Below, in pieces: positions 1 to 8,715 of a DNA stretch of 64,000 nucleotides (positions are counted from its first letter, which is position 1; each line of letters begins with the position of its first letter). Position numbers and translations under genes: made by a program. The stretch is from positions 2,912,001-2,976,000 of the forward strand of contig CP181291.1 in NCBI GenBank assembly GCA_052279835.1, read 5' to 3'. The notes under the pieces are model-generated. The model made no database searches. It saw only the letters and a program-made list of their open reading frames with translations, and was not told the DNA's origin. The stretch is from Microcoleus sp. GTDB taxonomy: Bacteria; Cyanobacteriota; Cyanobacteriia; Cyanobacteriales; Microcoleaceae.

Positions 1-36
1 TACTGAAATATTCATCGAGATTCAGAGCGATCGCAC

Positions 37-750
37 TTAATGTCGATGAATGTTTTTCGGAAAAGGAATGCCTAAATTTTCATGAAAAACAAGCTGAGTT
101 TTATACGTCAAGCGGCGGTTAACTTGTTTGATAATTTTTTCCAGAATTCCTTCACCGGTTTTTTTAATTAAGGATTCGGACATCGATCGAATAAATTTCG
201 GAAAGGAAACTCCCACAGCTAAATCCAGGTTCCACCCAGCAATCGTAATCAGAGGCGGTAATTGAGAGCGATCGGCACCTTGCCAATTTTTGGCAAACTC
301 CTCCGCAGATACTTCCACCAAATTCATAGCGGAGCAAAAATTAACTTCATATCCCGGTGGCGTATAATTCGGAATCGGAATTGTTTTAATCAAATAAGTG
401 CCTCGCGCATCAGGCGGTAGTAATTCTAAACCAATTCTCGCTTCCACGCGGTAGCCGAAAGCACCAAAACGCCCGATTAATAAATCATAACCATTTTCTC
501 CGATCGGCTCAACCTTCATTGGTAAAGCACACTGAGAAAACCAACTCTTATGGTTGTTCAAATGCTGCGCCACCGTAGCAGCATCAGCATACATCTCCAT
601 GCTGTCTTCAAAATGTGTACTAAACCAAATCAGCTCTACTTCCTCGGAGACATCTGCACCTCCACTCGACGGTAGCTGGAAACTCCCATCTGGGTAGCAA
701 ATTTCCTCAGAAGTCTCAACGGTTGGATATTCAGCGGAATCCTGCTTCAT
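37..750 (-). CDS. DUF1997-family protein
   Basis: YLxxHxxWFxxCAxPMKVEPIGxNGYxLxIGRFG-type pattern recognised as cyanobacterial DUF1997. ATG at 750 has AGGAG upstream, so it is preferred over the ORF-track start at 843. Confidence 0.75.
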   Translation of the reverse strand: MKQDSAEYPTVETSEEICYPDGSFQLPSSGGADVSEEVELIWFSTHFEDSMEMYADAATVAQHLNNHKSWFSQCALPMKVEPIGENGYDLLIGRFGAFGYRVEARIGLELLPPDARGTYLIKTIPIPNYTPPGYEVNFCSAMNLVEVSAEEFAKNWQGADRSQLPPLITIAGWNLDLAVGVSFPKFIRSMSESLIKKTGEGILEKIIKQVNRRLTYKTQLVFHENLGIPFPKNIHRH

Positions 751-881
751 GGTTTGCTCTCCTGTTATAGACGATGCCGATCGATCGGGGGGATGTGGCA
801 AGTTCGGAAACTCCCTACAATTAACAAATGGATAGTTGCTCATAGCAACAAAATTGACCCTTGTTCAGCATAACTCGACTT

Positions 882-1541
882 ATGAAAGCATTTGTAGCAG
901 GAGCCACAGGTCAAACAGGCCGCCGAATTGTCACAGAATTGGTCAAGCGCGGGATTCCGGTACGTGCTCTAGTCCGTAATTTAGAGACAGCTAGGCAAAT
1001 TTTACCCCCGGAAGCTGAGTTAGTCACGGGAGATGTATTAAATGCAACTTCTCTTGCCGATGCCATCGGTGATAGTACGGTATTGCTGTGCGCCACGGGT
1101 GCAGCCCCTGGTTTTGACCCCACATTGCCCTATCGGGTGGATTTTGAGGGAACCAAAAATTTGGTGGATGCAGCTAAGGCTAAGGGAATAGAGCATTTTG
1201 TGCTGGTGACATCTCTGTGCGTCTCAAACTTTTTTCACCCCCTGAATTTGTTTTGGCTGATTCTGGTGTGGAAAAAGCAAGCTGAGGATTATTTGCAAAA
1301 AAGTGGCTTGACTTTTACCATTGTCCGACCGGGTGGTCTCAAAAATGAGGATAATTCTTATGCGATCGTCATGGACTCAGCAGACAAACTATCAGATGGT
1401 AGCATTCCCCGCACTAAGGTAGCTCAAGTATGCGTGGAAGCCCTATTTGAGCCGGCTTCTCGCAATAAGGTAGTGGAGATTGTGGCGAAGTCGGAGGCTC
1501 CCGAAAAGAGTTTCGAGCAGTTATTTGCCAGTGTGATATAA
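882..1541 (+). CDS. NAD(P)H-binding atypical SDR-family oxidoreductase
   Basis: Rossmann motif MKAFVAGATGQTG, then VDFEGTKNLVDAAK and TIVRPGGL. ATG at 882. Confidence 0.85.
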   Translation: MKAFVAGATGQTGRRIVTELVKRGIPVRALVRNLETARQILPPEAELVTGDVLNATSLADAIGDSTVLLCATGAAPGFDPTLPYRVDFEGTKNLVDAAKAKGIEHFVLVTSLCVSNFFHPLNLFWLILVWKKQAEDYLQKSGLTFTIVRPGGLKNEDNSYAIVMDSADKLSDGSIPRTKVAQVCVEALFEPASRNKVVEIVAKSEAPEKSFEQLFASVI

Positions 1542-1557
1542 AACGAGTTGGCGATCG

Positions 1558-1588
1558 GAGTCCCGACTTATTAAAGCAGTCGGGACTC
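1558..1588. terminator. Hairpin downstream of the SDR gene (terminator or REP-like element)
   Basis: GAGTCCCGACT...AGTCGGGACTC inverted repeat. A related half-copy TCCCGACTTCTT lies near 8662. Confidence 0.55.
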
Positions 1589-1767
1589 TGGTGTGCAGAG
1601 GGTGAGGAGTCGATGGTTATTTAATTTAAATTATTCTCATCTGGGCCAAAAAGTAGATTTAAAATGATATAAAACTTCAAATTCAAGCAAGTTTCCATAT
1701 TTAGATAGATGTTGTATTTTGAGTTATTTGTTTACCTTGAATATAGAGACTTATTAATAAAAATGCC

Positions 1768-2016
1768 GTGATTTATCCCACTCCCGATCCCTTTCCAGGG
1801 CCGCAGATTCCCAGTACCGAACCGGGGTTGCCGACCATACCGGCATCGCCACCAGTGCCTGGTCCGGTTCCCGAAACAGTGCCAGGGATAGTACCGGAGC
1901 CAGTACCAGCCCCCATTCCCCAGCCAATTCCCGAACCGGTGCCGGAAACTGTACCCTCGCCGATTCCTCAGACAGTGCCGGGGCCAATTCCTCAGACAAT
2001 CCCTGAGCCGGTGTAA
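1768..2016 (+). CDS. Small proline-rich protein with P-x-x-[VI] tetrapeptide repeats
   Basis: 82-aa ORF that is GC-rich within AT-rich flanks. Repeat codons vary at synonymous positions, which suggests real coding. Confidence 0.6.
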   Translation: MIYPTPDPFPGPQIPSTEPGLPTIPASPPVPGPVPETVPGIVPEPVPAPIPQPIPEPVPETVPSPIPQTVPGPIPQTIPEPV

Positions 2017-2051
2017 ATTACGTTTGAGTCGAGAGCCAGATGCCAGACTGT

Positions 2052-2114
2052 TTGTGAGGTTGATATCCAACACCCACTTTCTCCAATGGTGGTTGTTAAA
2101 TATCAACCTCACAA
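2052..2114. terminator. Long hairpin between convergent genes (probable bidirectional terminator)
   Basis: Perfect 15-bp inverted repeat TTGTGAGGTTGATAT (2052-2066) / ATATCAACCTCACAA (2100-2114). Confidence 0.6.
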
Positions 2115-2140
2115 CAGCCGATTTTTGGATAAGTTATCAA

Positions 2141-2497
2141 TTAACGGAAGTTGAGGGCGCTCTCTTTACAAAGGTTCACAGCATCCAACTCTGTGTATTT
2201 GCCGTCAGAGTATTCGGCTCTGACATCAAAAACGCAGCCTCCATCCGAACCGCCATAGTCAGCTCTATTCCACTCAAAATCTGCCTTTTGGCGATCGGCA
2301 ATGGGGCCATCTAGCTCGTTTTGTCCCCAAGTATTCTTATCTGGAGGAGACATATAGACTGCTGTCATAGTTTTGCCACTGTTGTTAACAACCGAAACTT
2401 TCACCATCTGAGCGAAAACGCTAGATGCTGCCAGTGCCACCAGTGGCAAAGACAACCCAGCAGCGATCGTTAATTTGCTTAACAACTTGTTAACCAT
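2141..2497 (-). CDS. Small secreted hypothetical protein
   Basis: Sec-type signal peptide ending VFA-Q. Mature part VxNxSG...VYMSP...WG...CVFDVRAEYSDG...VNLC carries two Cys. Confidence 0.7.
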   Translation of the reverse strand: MVNKLLSKLTIAAGLSLPLVALAASSVFAQMVKVSVVNNSGKTMTAVYMSPPDKNTWGQNELDGPIADRQKADFEWNRADYGGSDGGCVFDVRAEYSDGKYTELDAVNLCKESALNFR

Positions 2498-2618
2498 GGA
2501 GCCATCTACCTCAAGTTACGTATTTATACAAGCTTAGCTGTAGAAGCGAGCACAGACAAGTCAAATATATTGGTATTGCTTATGATATTTTGAAACAGTG
2601 ATACGTTTCTAAATAGCC

Positions 2619-3710
2619 ATGCTTACCGCCGGAATTGTCGGACTGCCTAATGTTGGCAAATCTACTTTGTTTAATGCCCTGGTTGCTAATGCCAAGGCGA
2701 CTGCTGCTAATTTTCCTTTCTGTACGATCGAGCCAAATACGGGTGTCGTGGCAGTGCCAGACGAACGGTTGAAGGTGCTGAGCGATATTTGCAATTCCGC
2801 GCAAATAGTGCCGACGCGAATGGAGTTTGTGGATATTGCAGGTTTGGTGAAGGGGGCGAGTCAGGGGGAAGGATTGGGAAATCAATTTTTGTCTCATATT
2901 CGGGCTGTAGATGCGATCGCCCATGTTGTCCGCTGTTTTGACAATGATGATATCATTCACGTTGCGGGTTCTGTCGATCCCCTCCGAGATATTGACATTA
3001 TCAACCTCGAATTAATTCTCGCAGATTTAGCTCAAATTGAACGCAGGCTCGATCGCACTCGCAAGCTAGCCCGCAACAATAAAGAAGCTCAGGCAGAAGT
3101 AGACATCCTCGAAAAATTGGTCGCAGTTTTGAATGCGGGTAAACCAGCACGACAGTACAGTTTCACCCAGGAGGAAGCTGAGTTAGTCAAAGGTTTGGAA
3201 TTACTAACCAATAAACCAATTATCTATGCTGCCAACGTATCTGAGGATGATTTGGCCACAGGAAATAGCTATGTGGAACAGGTGCGGGCAGTAGCAGCAG
3301 CAGAAAATGCTAAGGTTGTTATAGTTTCGGCACAAGTTGAGTCAGAATTGGTGGAGTTATCCGAGGAAGAACGCACAGATTTCCTGGAATCTCTGGGGGT
3401 GAAAGAAGGTGGCTTAAAATCTCTGATTCGAGCTACTTACGAATTGTTAGGTTTGCGGACTTATTTTACTAGCGGGCCAAAGGAAACTCGTGCTTGGACG
3501 ATTATCGCCGGAATGTTGGCACCGCAAGCTGCGGGAGTAATTCACTCCGATTTTGAACGGGGCTTTATCCGGGCTGAAACTGTGGCTTATCAAGATTTAG
3601 TTACCACGGGTGGGATGAATGCGGCTAAGGAAAAAGGCCTAGTTCGCAGTGAAGGTAAAGAGTATGTTGTACAAGAGGGGGATGTGCTGTTGTTCCGATT
3701 TAATGTTTAG
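2619..3710 (+). CDS. ychF: Redox-regulated ATPase YchF (Obg family)
   Basis: GIVGLPNVGKSTLFNAL, NFPFCTIEPN, DIAGLVKGAS motifs; C-terminus FRFNV; 363 aa. Confidence 0.97.
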   Translation: MLTAGIVGLPNVGKSTLFNALVANAKATAANFPFCTIEPNTGVVAVPDERLKVLSDICNSAQIVPTRMEFVDIAGLVKGASQGEGLGNQFLSHIRAVDAIAHVVRCFDNDDIIHVAGSVDPLRDIDIINLELILADLAQIERRLDRTRKLARNNKEAQAEVDILEKLVAVLNAGKPARQYSFTQEEAELVKGLELLTNKPIIYAANVSEDDLATGNSYVEQVRAVAAAENAKVVIVSAQVESELVELSEEERTDFLESLGVKEGGLKSLIRATYELLGLRTYFTSGPKETRAWTIIAGMLAPQAAGVIHSDFERGFIRAETVAYQDLVTTGGMNAAKEKGLVRSEGKEYVVQEGDVLLFRFNV

Positions 3711-3731
3711 ACTGTTTAAGGAGATTGGCAC

Positions 3732-4097
3732 ATGAATATTGTTTCGTTGGCAATTGCTTGGTTGGTAACATCGGTGAGCTTTTTTATTATTTCCAAGTTG
3801 CCGATTGGGGTAGATATTGACACTTTTGGAAAAGCGATGATTTCGGCTGCGGTTTTTGGATTGCTAAATGCTTTGGTGCGGCCGATTTTTTTATTGTTTA
3901 CTTTTCCAGCAGTGTTGATCACTTTTGGTTTGTTTATGATTGTTATCAATGCTGCTATTTTTGGATTGGCGGCTTGGTTAGTGGATGGATTTCGCTTGCG
4001 ATGGGGAATTTGGAGTGCTTTGCTTGGGGCGATCGCCCTCGGTTTTGTTAACTCTTTGCTTTATGAGTTGTTAGGACCAATACTTAATTCTCGGTAG
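3732..4097 (+). CDS. 4-TM membrane protein, YvlD / phage holin superfamily IV
   Basis: GLLNALVRPI...P...ITFGLFxxVINA pattern and four hydrophobic segments. Confidence 0.85.
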   Translation: MNIVSLAIAWLVTSVSFFIISKLPIGVDIDTFGKAMISAAVFGLLNALVRPIFLLFTFPAVLITFGLFMIVINAAIFGLAAWLVDGFRLRWGIWSALLGAIALGFVNSLLYELLGPILNSR

Positions 4098-4129
4098 GTA
4101 AAAGTAACGTGGGGCTCGTTTATTTGTAA

Positions 4130-4247
4130 CTGGTTCCTAGGCTCTGCCTAGGAATCAATATCCAGAGGCTCTGCCTCGCTTTGTTGAGCCGGAAAAACAG
4201 AGGCAGATCCAAAGCATCTGCGTTCCCAGACAGAGCCTGGGAACGAG
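4130..4247. repeat. REP/MITE-like palindromic element
   Basis: Arms CTGGTTCCTAGGCTCTGCCTAGGAA and TTCCCAGACAGAGCCTGGGAACGAG are inverted copies of each other and each is a hairpin. An inner GAGGCTCTGCCTC hairpin is also present. Confidence 0.75.
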
Positions 4248-4266
4248 GAGAAAGAGGTGTTTTTAG

Positions 4267-4719
4267 TTAATTATCAGCCTCAAAACCCTCTCTCTTCCTC
4301 CTATTGTCAACGAGCCAATCGGCATTCTCACCGCCTATAATTAGCTCTTCTACCGTCACAAATTCTTTGCTTAGTTGCTGGAAAACATTAATCAAAACAT
4401 CGAGGGCGATCGCATCGCTAGTCCCCAAATCAAACCAACAACGAGCCCAAACTCCCTCGTACTCCATCTCTCCCATATTGTGCATCAAAGCCATCATGCT
4501 CCCATCGGCAAGATTAACATCGTAATCCATATCATTGATATCTAACCCCTCATCTTGCACTTGCAGGTTTTCCGCATTAAATCCTCCTAGTTTTCCTAAG
4601 AAAAACCAAGAATCAAACACCTCTTCAACATACTGTTTTTCACCATTGGAAGGTACATTGCTGAACTTCAGCCAAATCCACAAGTCAAAGGGATTAAATT
4701 CGCGAAACTGTACTTTCAT
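4267..4719 (-). CDS. DUF3531-family protein (CRR6-like, NDH-1 assembly-related)
   Basis: MxVQFREFNPFDLWIWL, SWFFLGKLGGFNAENLQV and WARCWFDLGTSDAIALDVLIN motifs. Confidence 0.8.
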   Translation of the reverse strand: MKVQFREFNPFDLWIWLKFSNVPSNGEKQYVEEVFDSWFFLGKLGGFNAENLQVQDEGLDINDMDYDVNLADGSMMALMHNMGEMEYEGVWARCWFDLGTSDAIALDVLINVFQQLSKEFVTVEELIIGGENADWLVDNRRKREGFEADN

Positions 4720-4734
4720 AATTTTTTGGTGTTT

Positions 4735-5763
4735 TTATAGTGGTGGTAAGGCCGCCGGGCCCCAGATACCGTCTGCATCTCGAATTTTATCGCGCATTGG
4801 GTCGCAGTCACGAGTTTTATTGTCGAGACGGTTGCGGGTTCTGCACTGCTGAAAGAAAATTTCAGCAACTAAACTTCTCGGTAATTGATCGGATTTTGCC
4901 AAGGAAGCATCAAAGTTTTTGCGAGCTTCTTCTAGTAAAGTTTTATTATATTCTTTGCCATCTTTACCCTTTGCCTGAGTAAATAAGATTTGGGCTTTTA
5001 GATAAAGAATTTCGGGATTTTGGGGTGTTTCTGCCAGTGCTTTGTTGGCAAATTCTAGGGCTGAGTCGTATTTTTTTAGGTCTCGATAGCCTACGGACAT
5101 TCCCCGATAGGCTAAGTAGCGGGGAGAGGCTTTTTGTTCTAGTCTTTGAATAGCGTCACTGGCGTTGGAAAAGGGCAGGTTGGTGGCTAGCATTAAATCC
5201 ATGTAGCCTTTGATTAAGTTGAGTTCTGGGTCGTTGGGAGCTATTTTTTCGGCGGCATCTAGATATTGAAATACGACTCGCAGTTTGTTGAGTGCTTGGG
5301 GTGCGCCTTTGGCTGTTCCTTCTTTGGCTATGACATTTGCTCCTTCTAGAAAGTGACCTGCTGCGGTGTAAATGTTGCCACGTAGGGGATTTGTTTTAGT
5401 CAGTTGTTCGCCGATTTCGCGGGTTTTTTGCGCGTAGGAATTCATCGAGTTTAAGTCTTGCTCGATGTAGGATAATGAGGCTGCCATTGCATAGGCTAGT
5501 GGCTCGTTTGGTTCGGATGATAGTGCTTGTTGAACTTGAGATTTTGCTGTTTTGTAGTTTCCTTGCTGAAACATTGTTTTGAAGGCGGTTTCGGTTTTGG
5601 GTCCGATCGCCTGTGGGTATGTCGAGCGAAACGGATCGCCCGCTAATGCTGAGTTGATGCACATACTCAAGGCGATCGCCATACTGGCCATCGTCCCCAC
5701 TGTCTGTTTATTTCTGCTAATTTGTTTGCCAAGGGACGCTAAAATGGTTTTCATCATCGTCAA
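4735..5763 (-). CDS. Secreted TPR protein (Sll0314/Alr1548 family)
   Basis: Signal peptide ending ALA-GDPFR, DPELNLIKGYMDLMLA motif, TPR-like helices. Confidence 0.75.
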   Translation of the reverse strand: MTMMKTILASLGKQISRNKQTVGTMASMAIALSMCINSALAGDPFRSTYPQAIGPKTETAFKTMFQQGNYKTAKSQVQQALSSEPNEPLAYAMAASLSYIEQDLNSMNSYAQKTREIGEQLTKTNPLRGNIYTAAGHFLEGANVIAKEGTAKGAPQALNKLRVVFQYLDAAEKIAPNDPELNLIKGYMDLMLATNLPFSNASDAIQRLEQKASPRYLAYRGMSVGYRDLKKYDSALEFANKALAETPQNPEILYLKAQILFTQAKGKDGKEYNKTLLEEARKNFDASLAKSDQLPRSLVAEIFFQQCRTRNRLDNKTRDCDPMRDKIRDADGIWGPAALPPL

Positions 5764-6111
5764 TTCTGTGAAGGCAATAAATTTTCACTGGGAATCGGAA
5801 AGTTAAAATTTCAGACTTCGGGGCCGCCACTCAAAAAATGATACGATGGTCTTGATTATTGCGGGCTATTGCCCTATAATTTAATAATGGGAATATGAGC
5901 ATTTCTAAAAAAATTGCAGATACTTCCATTATTAAAATATACCATAAAGCAATTTGAAAATCAAGCGCCCAAGTTCAAAAAAAACGACCGATTTTTGTAA
6001 AGATTTATGTAAAATTTAGGTAAAATCATGGTGGGCGATCGGCACAAGCCAGAAAAAGCCTTAATTATTAATAGCACAACCAAGAAGTTAACTAAAGAGC
6101 GAACAAATATT

Positions 6112-6163
6112 TTCTTCCCTCTTCCCTCTTCCCTATTCCTTCTTCCTTCTTCCTTCTTCCTTC
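6112..6163. repeat. STRR heptamer tract (TTCCTTC-like)
   Basis: Degenerate tandem 7-mers immediately before the ATG at 6169. Confidence 0.8.
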
Positions 6164-6168
6164 TCCCC

Positions 6169-6840
6169 ATGCTATATCTAAAAAACCTAGTCTATCATCC
6201 TACAGCCTGTCCGAATCCTATTCTCAAAAACATCAATTTAGAACTACCATCCCAGCAAATGGGGCTGATAGTCGGCCGCAGCGGTTCAGGCAAAAGTACC
6301 TTCTTAGAAATATTAGCAGGTTTAGCAGAAAAAACTAGCGGTGACATCCGCTGGCGCGAACAAGAATTAACTCCAGAACACTTACAACAGTTAGGAGGTT
6401 TAGTATTTCAATTTCCCGAAAGACATTTTTGCGGAGGCACAATTTTAGAAGAATTGCGCTTGGGACACCCGGAATTGGGACAAGAACAAATCAACAAAGC
6501 GATGGGTGAAGTGGGACTCGGACATTTGCCACTGAGCACTTCTCCCCATGCTTTGAGTGGAGGACAACAGCGACGGGTGGCGCTGGCGGTACAGCTAATT
6601 CGCCAGCCGCATTTGCTGCTTTTGGACGAACCGACGGCGGGTTTGGATTGGTCGATGCGCCGACAGTTGGTAAGCTTGTTGAGTAAGTTAAAAAATCACT
6701 GGACATTGTTGATTGTTACTCACGATGCTAGCGATTTATTGAGTGTTGCAGATAAATTTTGGACTTTAGAACGCGGGGATTTGCAGGAAGTCGATCGGGC
6801 TAAATTAGAAGCTAAAGAAACCAGCTTTGTTAGTCATTAG
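6169..6840 (+). CDS. ABC/ECF transporter ATP-binding protein (EcfA/CbiO-like)
   Basis: Walker A GRSGSGKS, Q-loop VFQFPE, signature LSGGQ, Walker B LLLLDEP, H-loop VTHD. Confidence 0.9.
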   Translation: MLYLKNLVYHPTACPNPILKNINLELPSQQMGLIVGRSGSGKSTFLEILAGLAEKTSGDIRWREQELTPEHLQQLGGLVFQFPERHFCGGTILEELRLGHPELGQEQINKAMGEVGLGHLPLSTSPHALSGGQQRRVALAVQLIRQPHLLLLDEPTAGLDWSMRRQLVSLLSKLKNHWTLLIVTHDASDLLSVADKFWTLERGDLQEVDRAKLEAKETSFVSH

Positions 6841-6910
6841 TCATTAGTTAGTAGTCATCAGTCATCAGTCATCAGTCATTAGTCATTAGTCATTAGTCAT
6901 TAGTCATTAG
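6832..6910. repeat. STRR heptamer tract (AGTCATT/AGTCATC)
   Basis: Tandem 7-mers overlapping the stop codon of the ABC gene. Confidence 0.85.
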
Positions 6911-6951
6911 TTAGTAGTTGAGAGTAGGTCAAGAAAGAGTAGGGATAAAAG

Positions 6952-7671
6952 ATGAATCAGATTACAATTCCCATGCTACCGGAAATGAATGAGTTGTGGC
7001 AGGAATCCCTGAATTGGGTGCCGAATGACTCACAACAGCAACATTTTCAGCGACTTTACCAATTAATTCTTGAGGGTAATCGCTCTTTAAATTTAACTCG
7101 AATTACTGAACCCATCGAGTTTTGGGAAAAACATTTGTGGGATTCTCTGCGGGGCATTGCGAGACTGCTACCAGTTAATGATAATTTTGGGGAAATTCGC
7201 GAATTTCCCCCACAGTCGCTGCTCAAAGCCATCGATATCGGGACTGGGGGAGGTTTTCCAGGGTTGCCTGTGGCGATCGCACTTCCCAATTTATCAGTTA
7301 CTTTGCTTGATTCTACCCGCAAAAAAATTGATTTTCTGGACACAGTTTTACCATCATTAGCAGTAAAAAATGCTGCGACTTTGCTGGGGAGATCCGATGA
7401 AATTTGGCGGCAACCACCTCACAAAGCAGCTTACAATCTGGCGTTTCTGCGAGCAGTGGGAGCCGCCTCTGTTTGTGGTAAATATGCCGTGCCTTTCCTG
7501 AAAAATGGCGGTTTAGCTGTGCTTTATCGAGGTAATTGGACGGCGGAAGAAGAGACAGAGTTGCAAAGTGCGATCGAACCTTTAGGCGGCACAGTTGAGT
7601 CAGTCGAAGCATTCACAACTCCCGTGAGTCATAGTGTGCGACACTGCGTTTATTTGCGGAAATTTGTATAA
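6952..7671 (+). CDS. rsmG: 16S rRNA m7G527 methyltransferase RsmG (GidB)
   Basis: NLTRI, KHLWDSL, SAM motif IDIGTGGGFPG, LLDSTRKK, RAV. Confidence 0.93.
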   Translation: MNQITIPMLPEMNELWQESLNWVPNDSQQQHFQRLYQLILEGNRSLNLTRITEPIEFWEKHLWDSLRGIARLLPVNDNFGEIREFPPQSLLKAIDIGTGGGFPGLPVAIALPNLSVTLLDSTRKKIDFLDTVLPSLAVKNAATLLGRSDEIWRQPPHKAAYNLAFLRAVGAASVCGKYAVPFLKNGGLAVLYRGNWTAEEETELQSAIEPLGGTVESVEAFTTPVSHSVRHCVYLRKFV

Positions 7672-7845
7672 GTTTGTAGTGAGGACTTCAGTCCTATAGC
7701 AATCCTAAATCATTTGTGAATTTCTTACTCCCTCCCCTTAATAAGGGGAGGGTTGGGGTGGGGTAAAAAACTTTACGACTCCTGCAAGGATTGCTATATA
7801 TCTTGTTTATGTTAGTGAAGCAGGACTAAAGTCATTACTACAAAC
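7672..7845. mobile_element. Outer inverted-repeat element carrying a nested 104-bp MITE-like element
   Basis: Outer arms GTTTGTAGTGAGGACTTCAGTCCT (7672-7695) and AGGACTAAAGTCATTACTACAAAC (7822-7845) match at 21 of 24 positions. A degenerate relative lies at about 14605-14672. Confidence 0.7.
7695..7798. mobile_element. 104-bp MITE-like element, copy 1
   Basis: Terminal inverted repeats TATAGCAATCCT...AGGATTGCTATA and an internal hairpin. Second copy at 38900-39003. Confidence 0.8.
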
Positions 7846-7849
7846 AATA

Positions 7850-8605
7850 TTAACCGATCGCCTTTTCGTAACGCTTGCTAATCTCTGTCCAATTCACAAC
7901 ATTCCACCAAGCTTTGAGATAATCAGCGCGCAAGTTTTGGTATTTGAGATAATAAGCGTGTTCCCAAACATCATTACCCATAATTGGATAATTTCCCTCC
8001 ATTAAAGGAGAGTCTTGATTCGGAGTAGTTGCAATCTCAAGTTTGCCAGCTTTAGTGCGGACTAACCACACCCAACCACTACCAAAACGTTTAGTTCCCG
8101 CGTCGTTAAATTTGGCTTTAAAATCGTCCGCAGTGCCGAAACTTTGCTTAATTGCTGTTGCTAAACTACCTGTGGGCTCGCCACCGCCTTTGGGACTCAT
8201 GATTTCCCAAAACATACTGTGATTTAGGTGTCCGCCACCATTGTTACGAACTGCTGTGCGAATATCTTCGGGTACTTTACTCAAATCCCTGAGCATATTT
8301 TCCACACTCATGTTTTTGAGTTGCGGATACTTGCTAACCGCATCGTTGAGGTTTTTAACGTAAGCTGCGTGATGTTTATCATGATGGAATTGCATTGTCC
8401 GCCCATCGATGTGCGGTTCTAAGGCATTGTATTCGTAGGGCAGAGGTGGCAGTGTAAAAGGCCCCGGAGTTTGAGCTATCTTGGTGGCTTCGGCAATTGG
8501 ACTTGCTTGCGCTACATTATTTCCTGATGCTTGGCAAGCACCTGCGGTAATAGCTCCGACGCTGGCACTTAGTAAATACAAGAAATTTCGGCGTTTCAGA
8601 GTCAT
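7850..8605 (-). CDS. sodA: Mn superoxide dismutase with Tat/lipoprotein signal
   Basis: [19 protein letters not shown] (Mn-type GGG) and DVWEHAYY motifs. N-terminal KRRNFL twin-arginine motif followed by a lipobox-like AGAC. Confidence 0.9.
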   Translation of the reverse strand: MTLKRRNFLYLLSASVGAITAGACQASGNNVAQASPIAEATKIAQTPGPFTLPPLPYEYNALEPHIDGRTMQFHHDKHHAAYVKNLNDAVSKYPQLKNMSVENMLRDLSKVPEDIRTAVRNNGGGHLNHSMFWEIMSPKGGGEPTGSLATAIKQSFGTADDFKAKFNDAGTKRFGSGWVWLVRTKAGKLEIATTPNQDSPLMEGNYPIMGNDVWEHAYYLKYQNLRADYLKAWWNVVNWTEISKRYEKAIG

Positions 8606-8715
8606 ATACAGTACCTAAGTGAATTATTAACTGTTTAAACCATATTACACTATCCGCCAATTCCCGACTTCTTCAATAAGTAAGAAATCTCCAAAAATAG
8701 CCTTGTTTTTTGATA

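Noticed and set aside
3732..4097. Holin as evidence for a prophage
   Set aside because: This family is commonly chromosomal, and there are no phage genes nearby.
6028..6168. ORF-track N-terminal extensions (also 9901-10050 and 49759-49857)
   Set aside because: They translate STRR or other intergenic DNA; family homology starts at the downstream ATG.
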